This document shows positions 23,616-37,725 of a stretch of DNA of 64,000 nt, in pieces; positions within the stretch are counted from its first letter, which is position 1; each line of letters opens with the position of its first letter. Source of the stretch: Camelus dromedarius. Its lineage: Eukaryota. The stretch is from the NCBI RefSeq assembly GCF_036321535.1, contig NC_087437.1, positions 94,118,001 through 94,182,000 of the forward strand, read 5' to 3'. The notes beneath the pieces were generated by a model. It ran no database searches. It had not been told where the DNA came from and saw only the letters and a list, made by a program, of their open reading frames with translations. Both the position numbers and the translations under genes were made by a program.

Positions 23616-26299
23616 AATATTGATGGATCATATCTTACATTTTCCATGTTGTCTGAGTAAAATCAATTAGTGCTGTCATGCTTAAACAACTGGAACAACT
23701 CGAAAATAAAAACATTCACAAAAACCAGAACAATAAAAGACTCACATGTTTGTAAAGAATTTTGTTAATTAATTAATTTTCAGCTAGATTAATTGTTAGC
23801 AGTGTCACTTTTACTCATTAGATAAAATGGAGGAGTTATTTCTAAAATAGTTTGCCAAAATTTGGAAAAAATAATTTTTAGGAATAATCACTCATATAAA
23901 AGCTTCTAAACATACTACAAATCTTAGCAATGAAGATGTGTTTGTTTTTCACATCTTGTATTTTCTGCAAAATTGGATCCCTCCAGAAAAATCTGTGTCG
24001 ACAATTCTAATCAAGATTATCTCGTCAACTATTAAGTGGTATAGATCTATAAGCAGGAGTTCATTTTTGACCTTTCAAATAGTGAACATAATTTAAATTC
24101 ATCTTGCACACATTCAAAGTAAATCATGACTCCTAAGCATAACTGTGTCAAGAAATTTGTAAAAGTGGACATAACTAAGAAATTTTAAAAACCAGATCAG
24201 CAACCAGTAGTCTTGATTTTGTTTATCAAATGGCATAAAGGTCTTAATAGTCATAATTCAACAATTAGGAAATCCACCACATGGGAAATTTAGACTGAAT
24301 AAGATATAATTTAGAATTTATGATGTCAATTATTCTGAAATCAGGTACAAATTAAAGCCAGATTTTAATCTGAAGATAATATAATGTCCACATTTATCAG
24401 ATTGTCAAGGGGATCATCCTACGTGGCATCTCTTATCCCTTATGATAAATCATACCTTATTTATGATGATAAACAAGAAAACCTACCTTCCTGCACCACT
24501 TCTTTGGGGAAATAAAACCCACAAATTCCCCTCTGAAATTTTTGAAAGTTGGTATTTCTTTTTGGTAGTTGGTAATACTAATCCTAGTAAAATCTCTAAA
24601 GCTTGTACATTGTTGACATAATATAAAACACATTCTGCAATTACCTTAAAGACAAAGAGCCCTATTGTGTAAATTTCATAAGCTATATTTTCCTATTGTC
24701 TGATTCTAATAGAGTGGCTTTTTATTTGTTTGTTTGTTTTACCTTTCATTGTTTTCATTATCATGTTATCACGTCTTACTGGATTCATGTCCTCTATCCA
24801 TGTATTTCTGGATTGTCTTCACTCTGCTGCTTTGCTTCCCAAAAAAGCCTTGGGCTCAGGTCTCCCAGGCAGATTTAATATCCTTATGCATGCCTTACTT
24901 GAAAGATTATTGTAAATCTTGCTTGTGGCAATATTTGTTTCCTCTAGCATTTACCATCCTCCCTACCCCTCTGTAAACACACACCATCACCTTTCTCTAA
25001 TTTCTGTTTCTTTTTTAAAAATTTACTTTGTTTTGTTATGTTTGCCCACTGATTTTGAATCCCCTGTTCTATTCTATACCCTCCAGCCTGGTGACTATCT
25101 CATTATATTTTATTTCCCTGCTTTTTCCTCTGTAAATTGAAAGTAGTACAATATGACAGTGTGTGTAGAAAATACACACACACAAACACAGATATCTATA
25201 CAAGTTGTATAGATATGTATAGATATACATATATTTGCATGCACTTTGTACACACACACATATACAGTTATAAATGGAGATCGGAAAGAATCTCACATGT
25301 CCCAAGTGGCAGAAGCAGTCTAAAGAGTAATATGACAGTCCAAGAGTTGCAAAGAAAAAGTAGCTTGTTTTCCCAGAGCATTCCCAATGTTGATTTAGAC
25401 ATTGTTCCTGAATTATCTTAGATAAGAGCCAATTAACTGAGAAAGGCTATTTATAGTGGTAGATAAAGTAAACAATAAGCTAGTAATTCTCAACAGTTCT
25501 CACAGTAGCTAAATTTTGGCCTTGAATCAAAATAAAACTGAATTATAATGGCACAAAGATAGACTTAATTAGATGTAAAAACTCAAAAATATGTTAATAG
25601 ATACTGGCTAAATTAAATGTTATCTTCACTTTGAATTAAGTAAAAATAAAACCAAAAGTTGTTCAATATAAAGAAGTTTGGCTTCTATTTAGTGGAAATA
25701 TTATATAAATTTGTAAATTGCTTCTTATCTGTTATTGTTTCTGATTTAAATACTGTATTTTGAGAAAACCATATCCATTTTTACTAAACAACTATATGCA
25801 TAGCCTGTAAATTTATAATATCCCAACAGTTTTTATTCTGGCAACAACAAACAATAACATACTCGCTCACATTACTGGAGCATTTGAGGAATCTCATAAG
25901 ACATTTTGAAATCTCAAAAGTTTGATAAGAACATTACATACTTTCAAAATTGTTTGTAAAAACTTTTTCTGAAATATAATCCAAGTATGATTATTTCAGT
26001 GTTTACTAAGACACTTACTGAGCCAAGTCAACCAACAAGGCCAAGAGGTAGGGTTTAGAAGCCTCATTAATGAGGCTACATATTAAAATGAGTAGCTAAT
26101 TATTTGGCTATATTAACTTTTGTGGGACAGTGAATTGCAGTTAAAAGATTGCGATTATGCTGACTTGTTAGAAATATAAAGCAGTGTTCCTAGTTTTTAT
26201 ATGTTCCAGTCTTAACTTATATATAAACAGAAGGAGAACACTGGAAAATTAAACAGAGAACCAAACTTTTGATATATTTCATAATGTATATGCAACACC

Positions 26300-26560
26300 A
26301 CATGGTAGTTAAGGGCCTAGACTGGGAAGACCATTGCTTGTGGTCAATTCCACCTTGCCTTCCTACAAGCCATATGGTTTTGGCCAACCTACACTAACTC
26401 TCTGAGTTCATCATTTTCCTCAATTGTAAAATGAAAATGATAATGATGATCAATGCAAAATATTAGGTGAGGCTAGATGAATCCTTTATATGAATGAGTT
26501 AATCCATATAAAGTACTTAGAACAGGCCTTAAACCATAGTAAATGTTCCTAAGCTATGAG
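26300..26560 (+). mobile_element. MIR, near full length (further MIR scraps to about 26890)
   Basis: CATGGTAGTTAAGGGC...TTTTCCTCAATTGTAAAATG...AAAGTACTTAGAACAGGCC...CATAGTAAATGTTC. Confidence 0.8.
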
Positions 26561-27089
26561 TTTAGAATTGACAAAATAACCAACTTCAATTCTATCACAA
26601 TGCAGATGAAGCTCAAAGTCCTGTGTAAGATTTGCCTAATAACAAAATGTGAGCTTAAAAGTAGACTGTCTTTTATGATTTCACCTCTTGCATACTTTGC
26701 ACTCTACTGTAAAAGATATGCTATGTATCCTTTTGGCCAAGCTATACATACACACACACACACCTCTATATGCATAAATATTTATTAAAATATAAAATGA
26801 ATGATATTTTAGCAAAATATTTTGGCAAAATATTTAAACTCTCTAGGTTCAAGCATCATCTAAAATATGAGAGAACTGAGGTGGGTGCAATGGGTGGTCA
26901 CTTTCAGTTTTGTCAAAACCAGTGACTTTCTTAAAGGCAGTGTGTATATGTGTGTGTGTGTATATTTATACGCGAATTTTTATATACACACATATATGCA
27001 AACATGTGTGTGTATATACACAGAAGTGTATATGTTACCTCTCTGAAATTCATAAAAAAATTAGTATTTTTTAAAACACAAACTATTTT

Positions 27090-27310
27090 ATTGAAGAGTT
27101 TAACATCTCTCTTTCAATAAATGCTATAGCAAGCAGACAAAATCTGTGAGGATACAGAATACCTGAACAACTCTGTCAACCAACCTGACCTGATTCATAT
27201 TAAGAAAACACAGCACTCAAACATTTGGAGCGTTAATCAAGATAGAAAAGAAAGACTATATGCTAGGCCATAAAATAAGTCACAGTACATTTCAAAAGAC
27301 TGAACAATAA
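27090..27310 (+). mobile_element. Old L1 ORF2 endonuclease-region fragment
   Basis: AGCAGACAAAATCTGTGAGGATACAGAATACCTGAACAAC...CAACCTGACCTGATT...GACTATATGCTAGGCCATAAAATAAGTC. Confidence 0.75.
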
Positions 27311-30300
27311 TATGAAATAGATTATAGGATAAGAGAACTATTATATATCTCTTTCAAAATTTTACCACATATTCTTATAGATGGTCATTTTTTGCAGTTG
27401 TGAGTATAAAGTTGAGTGGGAAATTAAAGCAATAAATCAAACTATCATAAAATATTCATTGGTATTGAACTATCTACATTCTTTGAGTGCAGAAATGGTT
27501 TTATATTTTCCTTAGATAACTTTTTGTTTCATTTAGTTTCTATACACTTAAACATACTGAAAAGTTTTGAAGAATAATTAATGTACATTTAAATAATTTT
27601 AATCTAGGGAAGTATTTAAATACTTTTATAAAGAAACATAATTTTATTAGATTTACCAGTAAAAATAATAGCTTTGGAGATTATTCTCATTTTCAACCTA
27701 ATGCTTATAACCCTATTTTATGATATCTATTAGAACATATTTATCTTAGCTACAAATTATTATAATACTCATACTGGGTCATAACTATACTGCCAGGAGC
27801 TATGCTTCCAGTCCAGGGTAATGAGTTTTTGGAACTGTCTTTCTTCCTAACAGTTAATGTTAAGGAAGTCATAGATTAAACATCTAGAAATTCTTAACAT
27901 TTGGAGGGAGATAATCTTGTCACACTGGAGATTTTTTTTGAAAATGGATGACAAATATTTCTTTTAAATCTGTTAATTTACTGATATTTCAAAATTTATA
28001 AGCTTTTCAGGAAGAAATTCATTTTTCCACTGAAAAAGTTTTCAAAGTCATATTCATTTCATTAGATTTAATTATTATTTTTCTTATGTCCAAAAATTTT
28101 ATAAGTGATAACATTTAAATTAAAAAATATTTTAATCTAAAATTCTCGTGAAGGTATACGATTACATACTAGTTAAACTGATTTAATTGTTTAATAATTT
28201 CTGTATATTCATTGTAGCATTCTACTGTTTTATACACTAAAACTCAACTAAGATTTAATGTCTGTTTGCTATGGACACATTGATAACTTTACACATCTTA
28301 ATTGTTTCCTTTTGCCTATTATATTCATCAGGAATTAATTAGAAAAAAAATCACCTTGAACCTTGCCAAGGTGAGTGCAGTGCCAATGCTTCATTATTTC
28401 AGTATATGGCAATTCTTTTAAAGAAAAGAAAGCTTTTTTGATTACCTTCTGAGATTGTTTCAGAAGTGATTTTTTGTCACAAAACAATTTTTTCAAGAAG
28501 AATTTGTGTTCAGTGTTATGTATTTATTTTTATTTATATGTAACCCGATACCATTCTAAATTCTTCGGTTTTAGAAGGTGTCTTTAGGGGCAGTATCTGG
28601 CCAGGATAGTCTTTGATAAAGAAAATATGCACCATTTAGCAAATATGAAAGGACACATGAAAGTCTAGATAGCAGCCTCAGATTTTAGACAAATGACTTA
28701 TAGAGTGTCCTCAGTTTCTAATAAGCCTATGGTTTTTAAGGTGTCTAATTTGAAGCAGACATTATTCATCTGTATTTGCATGTTTTGATGAAGGCAGAAT
28801 GCAAAAAAAAAAAAGCAAGTGATAGATTCTCAATATTTTTGATTCAGTCTTTAATCAAAATAGATAACCTCACATTTCAGTCTAAATGATTTTTTACTAT
28901 TCTATACATTAAAGTAATTAAAATTAATGTAGATATTTCTTATAACTTGGAAAAATAAAGTATATTATTTAGAAAATAAATGCCAAATTTGGGGATATTT
29001 TCTTTGCTAAAATTCCACTGTCATAATAAATATCTATATATTTGCATACACTATTATAGTGATATACTATATATTTACATTTGTAAATGCACAAATCATA
29101 TAATGTAATAGAACTGAATTTGGAGAATATATGTTGTATTAATTGCGCAGGTATAGAGGAGAAGCTGACTTAAATATTACATGTGCTTTGGTAAGTTTTA
29201 TGAGCATAAAAGAGTATTTCTGTTTCATTTTCATAAAATGAGCAATGGTTCATACTAATGAATCCAAAATTGTGTATCTTAGTGAGATTAAAAAAAACCC
29301 ACTTCTGCTTAAAAAGAAAAAAAATCATAACTTCACTATAAATAAATGCCTGTGCTTTCCCCTGTCTAAATAATGTTCTAGGGTGATAGAAATATATTCT
29401 GTTATTTACTTTAAATCCTCTCTCCTATCTTGATAGTTTTGAACTAAAATAAAAGGGAAGCATACAATTGTCTTCAGTCACAAAAACAGCAACAATTATG
29501 TTTGTATATCAGAAATGTATAGATGAGTATAAATATTATTTAAGGTTAAAATCCTAGGATAGCAAGCAGATGCGATTACAAAAAGATAAAAGAGATCAAC
29601 TCATCGCAGTTCATTGATATCTATTCAGTGACATGTGCCATTTTCTATGGGTCATCTTTGTGCCATAGCTGTGTGTATAAATTCCTGTTTAGTAGATAGA
29701 TACTGTGAATACCAATGGCTTCCTTTTATCCATTCTTATATTCACTTCCACCCTACTCATATGTTCTTAATCAGTGCATGATTATTTGGCTAAATCTCTT
29801 GCACAGAAACACTCCAGAGAATCCTGAGCAAAGATCCTTATTAACCTGGTTGATCAGTGGGTTTATAGTTTCAATGTGTGATTTTTTCAAAAAAGAGAAA
29901 GGAACTAATCAGTGAAGAGAAGACTCCTAAAGAACAGACAATAGAATAGAAATGCCCCAAATATTCAGCTCACGTTTGATCTTGTCCTGAAGCACTGGAG
30001 GCTATCAAATCCGCTGTGTTTTATTAATAAATTGTGGTTTTTACAAGGATCATGTAGGCATTAGCAGAGCTCATTTCCATGGAACTATTTTGTATAGATC
30101 ACCAATATATAAAGGAAAATACAAATAAAAATAGAAGCTGCCACTGATAAATGTTAATTAAAAGTCAAAACAAAACTATACTTTGAGGCAGTTGAATAAT
30201 TTAGAAGTAGTATTTTGATACAAAATATTAATCAAAATAATGGATGCCAGCATAGGATGGGAAAAATAAAAATAAAATTTAGCAGAACCAGGGGATTCAA

Positions 30301-31299
30301 AGATAGTCTTGATTAGAATCATTGCTTAACATTTCTTGGCCATTGATTTGATTTATATGGCACTTGTTTGGGGAGATTGCTTATGGGTGAATCCCACAGT
30401 AAGAAGTCATCTCATCTTTGTCCTTTAATATCCCAGAGCATTTAAAAAATTAAGATATATTTACATACAGTAAATTTTATTTTTTTTATTGTACAGTTCT
30501 GACTGGTGTAATAAGCCATAGCATCATGTAAATGCAATCAAGGTAAATTTATATCATCCATCAAAATTTTTCCTGTGCCCCTTTGTAGTCAGAAGTATAA
30601 TGACCTCACAACAACCCAGAAAAATCACCGTAATTGTTATGCTCTAATTTTTCTCAGTTAAAAATTTGCTCTGTTAGTACTAATGGATATGTAATTACAT
30701 TGCCTCCAAACTATTGCTTCTAATTTCCTGTGTTTTCTCATATTCTTTATGATTTTTTTTAAATGATTTATAAAGCTTGGGAGAATAAAAATGGCCTTGT
30801 ATAATATATTTTTTAAAGATTAGTGGGAGAAATAACTTTAAAATATTTCAAAGTAATATATTGGTAAAATGAAATTTTTGCATTTTAATAGTATTACAGA
30901 TATACATAGATGCAGATATATGTATATACATATATGTGTAGCAGAAATGAAGTATACTTTTCATTTAAATAACTGGAAAAAATCAAGGTAGCATTTATTG
31001 AAATCCTATGAATGAATAAATTCTGTAAATAAAGACATTAATATTTGTCTATTTACTTTGAAGTTAAAAGTTACAGGTATCTCCCACTTCCAAGTAAATC
31101 AATGAATCAGCAAAATAAATGCCACCTAAGGAATGATGTTGCTTGTATTAATGGAACAAATATGGGTGTTCTCTGGTTCTAAGTATGATAATTCTGTTTA
31201 CTTCATTGAACTTATCACAAATAGATAACGCTAAGCCTGGTTAACTGAAACTTGTATTATCACTTAAGTATACTGCTACAAAATCAAATAACATTTTAT

Positions 31300-31510
31300 T
31301 TAATCCTCACCATTCTAGATGCTTTCCATGTATTATCTCTTTCAAACATCACTATAATTCTATGTAATAATAACTGTTATTAACCCAGTTTTATAAGAGA
31401 CATCTGAGGCAAAGAGGTTTAAATAACTTGTCCATGTCATATAGTTAATAAATGATATAGCTTGATTTGAACTCAGTCACAATTTAGAGGCCACACTTTT
31501 CATTGTTATC
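31300..31510 (-). mobile_element. MIR
   Basis: CCCAGTTTTATAAGAGACATCTGAGGCAAAGAGGTTTAAATAACTTGTCCATGTCATATAG. Confidence 0.75.
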
Positions 31511-32619
31511 CTTTACACCCTTATGAACATTTGAAGATGCTTTAAAATTTACTGTAATAATTAAGTTTAAAATTTTCTACGTTTTTATGTAGTAGCTGTG
31601 CTGACCAATAATGCATGCACTATTTTTTAACATCAGGAAATATATTGACTTTTTTCCATTTCATATCATTATCTCTAGTATTAACACGACTTAAACTTAA
31701 ATAAAATGTAACTCAAAGCAAAAACTATTAGTCAGGCTGACTTATCTATTAAACATTGATAATTGTTAATTAAATTTGAGTCCAGCTTTTGAAGACATTA
31801 TTAAACAAAGGCACTTTAGAAACCATGCTTATTTTGTAATAGGCAACAATGTTCACATTGAGGACCAATACTTATATTCAACAAAATTGGTTTGTCCAAT
31901 AGTAATATTTGTCTTATCCATATTTAACAAGTTACTTTTTATTTTCAGTCAAATAATGCCGAATTTCATAAAGTCTTTGAAGAGATTAAGCAATATCAAT
32001 GACAAATATGTATAATAGTAAATTGCATTAAAACTGTTGCTTCCAGGCTTGAAAATGGTATTTGAATATTAACTAAAATGTCAAGAAAATCTTACATATC
32101 AAAATTATTGAAGAAGATATGAAAGGTCACATTTTTTTAAACGCTAAGCCAAGAGTGTAACAAAATTTTGTGTTACTTTCTAAATTCATGAACTAAAATT
32201 ATAATCATCATTTGTTTGTTGAAAAAATTATTATGGAATATTAATTCTATATAATTATATATTATTCTGAATATATTGCCATTCGCTTTATAACAGTGAA
32301 TAAGGCAAATATTTTTATGATGTAGTCATGATAGTAATTATTCTTTCTTAAATTATTTGAATAATAAGGGCAGTGATAATAAGACTTTGAGATTATCTCA
32401 TTTGACAAAATCATCAGATGGTTCAATGAAATTAAGCCCCATATGAAAATGTCTTTAATATAGTGTAATAGTGTATTGTCCTTATACTTCTATCTCCAAT
32501 ATACTTCCAAGTTCTTCCACAAAAACATGGTCTTCTTTGGTCTCATCTTAAACATTTTTATTCTCTATTTTCCTCAGTATAAACAAATATGAAATATAGA
32601 ACAAATATAAATATATATT

Positions 32620-33290
32620 AAGACAGTCTAGTACTGTCACATCGATAAGTAAATAAACAAATAGAACATAAAGTTCCTGATATACCTGTGCATATACTGA
32701 GACTGGATAGATGTAAGACAGAGATAATGCTGCATATAAGTGTGTAAAATAAGTATTTTTAAATAAATGGTGCTGGAAAATAGTGTATCCATATGGAAAT
32801 TAAATAGATTGCTTTTATACCTCAAACTGCATGAGAAAATTATTGTGTGTTACATACCTAAATGTGAAATGCAAAGTTATATTGTTTTAGAATGTTATAT
32901 AAAATAATATTTTTACAATCTCAATATAGGATATATACTTTTAAGCAAGAAGAGAAAATGCACCAACTATAAAGAAAATGATTCATTAATTGTATTACAT
33001 TAAAAACAAGACATTCTCTTCATCAAAAGGCTTTATAAGAGAATGAAAATAGACAAATCACAATGTAGTAGAAGTTATTCGCAACTCGTACAAACAACTG
33101 AGGGATCATATCCTGTGTACAGCAAAAACACACAATGATAAATAATAAGATCAACAACTCAACAGAGAAAAAAGAACAGAATTTTTGATTATGTAGTTCT
33201 CAGCAGAAAAGAAACCCTAATGGGCAACACACATATGAAAAGATGCTCAACTTTATTAGTAATCAAGGAACTGCAAATTAAGATCATACG
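32620..33290 (+). mobile_element. Old L1 (L1ME-type) ORF2 3' region; its 3' UTR resumes at about 34350-34695
   Basis: AATAAATGGTGCTGGAAAA, CCTAAATGTGAAA and CATATGAAAAGATGCTCAACTTTATTAGTAATCAAGGAACTGCAAATTAA. Confidence 0.8.
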
Positions 33291-34350
33291 GAGAGTGAAG
33301 TATTTCCAAAATGGCAAAGTCCACTCCCTCAAAAAGCAGTGAAAACAATATCAGAATTGTTAAAATAGACCTTTTCAGAATTCTGAGAATAAACCACAGT
33401 CTTGCAACAATCCCGTGAATGTTTACTCATCCTGGTAAGATCAATAAGCTTTGTGGTATTTTAATCTGCCAGGTATTTTCCCTCTCTTCCTCGTCTTGAA
33501 AACTGGCAGCCTTGCAACCAAGCAACAGGGCAGCTTTAGAGTGGGTAGAACAGTTTGGAAGGCCCTCAAAAGCCCCGTCGTCAGAACATCGTCTCTATCT
33601 GACCTGCTTGGAAAAGCTCAGTTCACAAAACTTGTCCATACTGACCTGACGTGGAGCTTGCTCAGTCCAGAACAGCCTTTTCGCAGGGCATTTGTCTAAA
33701 AACATCAAACTATTATTTAACATTGCTGTTGCCTAAAGTGGCAAAACCATCTGGGACAAACATGAGGCCAATAAAAATACATAAAGGGAAAAACTGAGGA
33801 ATGAGATAATCATCTAGGGTTTGAAAAGCTCCAAAATGTTCCTGGTGATCTAGAAGGCCACACATGTTGGAAGTGCTGTGTGCATGACTGGAAAGGAATT
33901 AAGAAAGCCTTAATCTCATGCCGGGCTGACACTAAGGTTCTGTGCCGACAGATAACAAAGTCTAAGGCAGAGCCGTAAACCATTGCTACAGCATTGAAGG
34001 CAAACCCCAACACACACGTAAAGCCCCTCAGAAAAGATAGCTACTTACTGCTTCAAGGCATGTAAGTCAACTTTATCTAATCATTAGATGATTACTAAGA
34101 TTGCTAAGTAGATCCTTCAGTGCCCTCACACAAGAATACAGACCTTACAGAACTGGTCCAGGAAAATAGCTGAACAACAACAAAAATGACTACAACAAAG
34201 AGCAATAAAAACAAAATTGGGAGAGAAAGGAACTGTTTACAGGAGTTGCCACATATTATTACTATTTAAAATATTTTTGGTTTTCGTTAACAACAAAAAA
34301 TGAGACTTGCAAAGAAACAAGAAACTATAACCCATACGCAGGGAAAATGC
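33291..34350 (+). mobile_element. Old L1 5' UTR (L1MDa-like)
   Basis: TTTCCAAAATGGC...CTTTTCAGAATTCTGAGAATAAACCACAGTCTTGCAACAATCC...GGGTTTGAAAAGCTCCAAAATGTTCCTGGTGATCTAGAAGGCCACAC, ending at GCAAAGAAACAAGAAACTATAACCCATA (ORF1 start region). Confidence 0.7.
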
Positions 34351-35068
34351 CATTGTAAGGTTGAACAAAACGAAGTCTGAAATAATAAATATGATATAGA
34401 TTATTTTATATAAAGATCAACAATAGGAAAAATTAGATTATATAATTTTTGAGGTCTAGATGTATGCCTTTTAAAACTATGAATGAAAGTAAGACAATAA
34501 TTATTACAAAGTAATGGCAGTGGTGACCTCAAAAAGGCGGATGGTATGGTTAGGAAAGAGCACAGGGAGAATTCTGGGTTTATGTTGTCCCATTTCTTCT
34601 GATGAATTACTTGCATATTTGCTATATAATGATTTATAGTATATTATATGCTTTATGTAATTTTCTGTATATATATATGTGTTACCAAAAATGGAAAGAG
34701 TGTGATGAGTGGTTAAAGAATAGTCAAAAATATAAATGAAGCCATAAATATAAATATAGATACAGATATTTCATTCACAAAAAATACACTCAAATGGATT
34801 TAGGATTAACTTCTAAAATCAAATTTAAAGTGAAGAAATTTTAAGGCTATTTTGAATTGGTTATTTAGATTCTAAAATAGAGAAGTCAAACAGTATGTTA
34901 AAAATGGGAATTTTCAAAAACACCCTAAAATAGTGATCTGGCACAATGCAGTGCAAAGAAATGATGTTTAATCATACATTGGTAGAATTTTCAAGTTTCA
35001 CAGAAAAAATATATAATTTTGGATATAGCCATCACCGTAATCATAAAGAAACTTAATATAAGACTATA

Positions 35069-36177
35069 GCAAGAATAAACAAATGGGACCTAATTAAACT
35101 TACAAGCTTCTGCACAGCCAAGGAAACCATAAGTAAAACAAAAAGAATCTACAGAATGGGAGAAAAGTTTTTTAAATGAAACCGACAAAGGCTTGATTTC
35201 AAGAATATATAAGCAGCTCATACGACATAATAAGAAAAAAACAAACACCACAATCCAAAAATGGGCAGAAGACCTAAACAAGCAGTTCTCCAAGCAAGAA
35301 ATACAAATGATCAATCAACAGGCACATGAAACAATGCTCAATATTACTAATTATCAGAGAAATGCAAATCAAAACTACAATGAGGTATCACCTCACACCA
35401 GTCAGAATGGCCATCATTCAAAAATCCACAAATGACAAATGCTGGAGAGGCTGTGGAGAAAAGGGAACCCTACTACATTGCTGGTGGGAATGCAGTTTGG
35501 TACAGCCGCTTTGGAAAACACTATTGAGATTCCTCAAAAGACTAGGAATAGACTTACCATACGACCCAGGAATCCTGCTCCTAGGCATATATCCAGAAGG
35601 AACCCTACTTCACAATGACACCTGCACCCCAATGTTCATAGCAGCAACATTTACAATAGCCAAGACATGGAAACAGCCTAAATGTCCATCAACAGATGAC
35701 TGGATAAAGACGAGGTGGTATATTTATACAATGGAATACTATTCAGCCATAAAAACCAGTAACATAACACTATTTGCAGCAACATGGATGTTCCTGGAGA
35801 ATGTCATTCTAAGTGAAGTAAGCCAGAAAGAGAAAGAAAAATACCATGTGAGATCACTCATACGTGGAATCTAAACAAAACAAAACCATAAATACAAAAC
35901 TGAAACAGACTCATAGACACAGAATACAAACTTGTGGTTGCCAAGGGGGCAGGGGGTGGGAAGGGATAGACTGGAATTTCAAAATGTAGAATAGATAAAC
36001 AAGATTATACTGTATAGCACAGGGAAATATATACAAGATCTTGTGGTAGTTCACAGAGAAAAAAATGTGACAATGAATATATATATATGTTCATGTATAA
36101 CTGAAAAATTGTACTCTACACTAGAATTTGACACAACATTGTAAAATGATTGTAAATCAATAAAAAATGCTAAAAAA
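35069..36177 (+). mobile_element. Young lineage-specific L1, 5'-truncated (about 1.1 kb)
   Basis: TSD AAGACTATA (35060-35068 and 36178-36186), AATAAA plus A tail, and a well-preserved ORF2 C-terminus. Confidence 0.96.
35326..35874 (+). pseudogene. L1 ORF2p C-terminal fragment (cysteine-rich region)
   Basis: [11 protein letters not shown]...[18 protein letters not shown]...CTPMFIAA...WKQPKCPS...[13 protein letters not shown]. Truncated and frameshifted upstream. Confidence 0.93.
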
Positions 36178-36389
36178 AAGACTATAAGAAAAATTGAGTG
36201 ATTCACAGACTAATGCAAACACTTAAAATATGGAAACAGAAAAGAAAATTGAGAGATATTAGGAATTAAATCCAGAAAGCTTTTATTTGTCTAATGTCAA
36301 CTTTAAAAAATAAATATCGAAAAGAGAATGAAGGAGTTAATAATGTAAGAATGACAAGGTATCACATGCCATCCCACCTTTAACTTTAC

Positions 36390-36903
36390 TGTAGCTGTTG
36401 GGGAGTTTCCTGTGCACATTTACGGCTTGCAAGAAGCATCTGCATCTCAGACTTCTTCTTATTTATTTATTTATTTTTTGCTTGGAAGTTTCCTCCAAAG
36501 GTGTAGGATTTTTATCAGCTCATGGACAGCACAGATCCAAAGTGTGAATGAATTAATAGTAATGGGGTCAAATGTCAAGCAAAGGGAACAGGAATCAGTA
36601 CATTAAGTGTCCCAGTCTCTCGTTCTTTGATATATATATATACGTATTTTTTTTGAAAGGGGCATAATTCAATCCATAACAGGATGTATCAGTTCCTCAG
36701 AGCATCCCCAGGAGATTCAGCCCTATTGTTTACCATCTACTGCCTATACTGATTCAACAACACAACATTGATCATTTTTTTCTGCTTATTGTCACATTTT
36801 GCCCACTCCCTCACTCCAACTTCCTTATATTATCTCATAAATAAGAAAGTAACATCCAAGGTCTTGCTTCAGACTCTACTTTCAAGGGATCCAGACTAAG
36901 AAA
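36390..36903 (+). mobile_element. ERVL LTR (LTR16-like)
   Basis: TGTAGCTG...CCTCAGAGCATCCCCAGGAGATTCAGCCC...AATAAGAAAGTAACATCCAAGGTCTTGCTTCAGACTCTACTTTCAAGGGATCCAGACTAAGA. Confidence 0.72.
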
Positions 36904-36989
36904 ACCAATAACCTGAGATAAGATTCAAGTGTCTTCAAGTTAACATCATTCTATCTTTATAGAAAAAAAAAATTCACAAAAAAGAAAGA

Positions 36990-37725
36990 AAAAAAATTTA
37001 GTCAAATATCTCTCATAAACTTGGAATAAATAGTCTAACAAAATTTTAGCAAATTAAATCCAACAATGAATAAAAGGACTTATATATCATGACCAAGTGG
37101 AGTTTATTTCAGATACACAAGCCTGGTTTAAAATTCAAAATTCAATCAGTGCAATCCACTGTATCAATATGATAAAGAAGAAAACATTATATCATCATAT
37201 TAATGTGTTTAGAAAAAGCAATTGATAAAATCCAACACATATTTTGGTAAAAATCTTGCAAAAACTATGAACAGAGGGGAATATCCTCAACTTGATAAAA
37301 AAGAATCTATGAAAAACTGGTAACATAATACTTACTAATAAACACTGAACACTTCCTCTCTAAGCTCAGGAACAAGGCAAGAATTTCTACCCTCATCACT
37401 CTTACTCAACATAGTATAGCAAGTTCTCATCTCTGCAATAAGGCAAATAAAATAAATAATAAATGCATATAAATTGAATGGAAGATGTAAAATTTCCTAT
37501 TTGCAGATGACAGGATTGTCTACTTTGAAAATCCCGAGGAATCTATCAAAATCTCCTAAAAATAACACATGCTCAGTAAGATCAAAGGATATAACATCAG
37601 CAAGTTAAAATTAATCAGATGTCTCTATACTAACAATGAAGTTGTGGGACTCAAAGTTAAAACCATAATGCCATTTACAATTGCTCCAAAGAAATTAAAC
37701 ACCTCAGTAACAATTTAATGAATTT
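36990..37725 (+). mobile_element. Old L1 ORF2 reverse-transcriptase region fragment
   Basis: CATGACCAAGTGGAGTTTATT, TCAGGAACAAGGCAAGAAT and CTATTTGCAGATGAC (LFADD motif at about 37497-37511). Confidence 0.88.

Noticed and set aside
35326..35874. Longest ORF (182 aa) as a functional gene
   Set aside because: It is the C-terminus of L1 ORF2 in a 5'-truncated copy lacking the EN and RT domains and a promoter.
36640..36681. GGGGCATAATTCAATCCATAACA, an MLT1-like terminus inside the LTR16-like element
   Set aside because: Too short to call as a separate element without a search.
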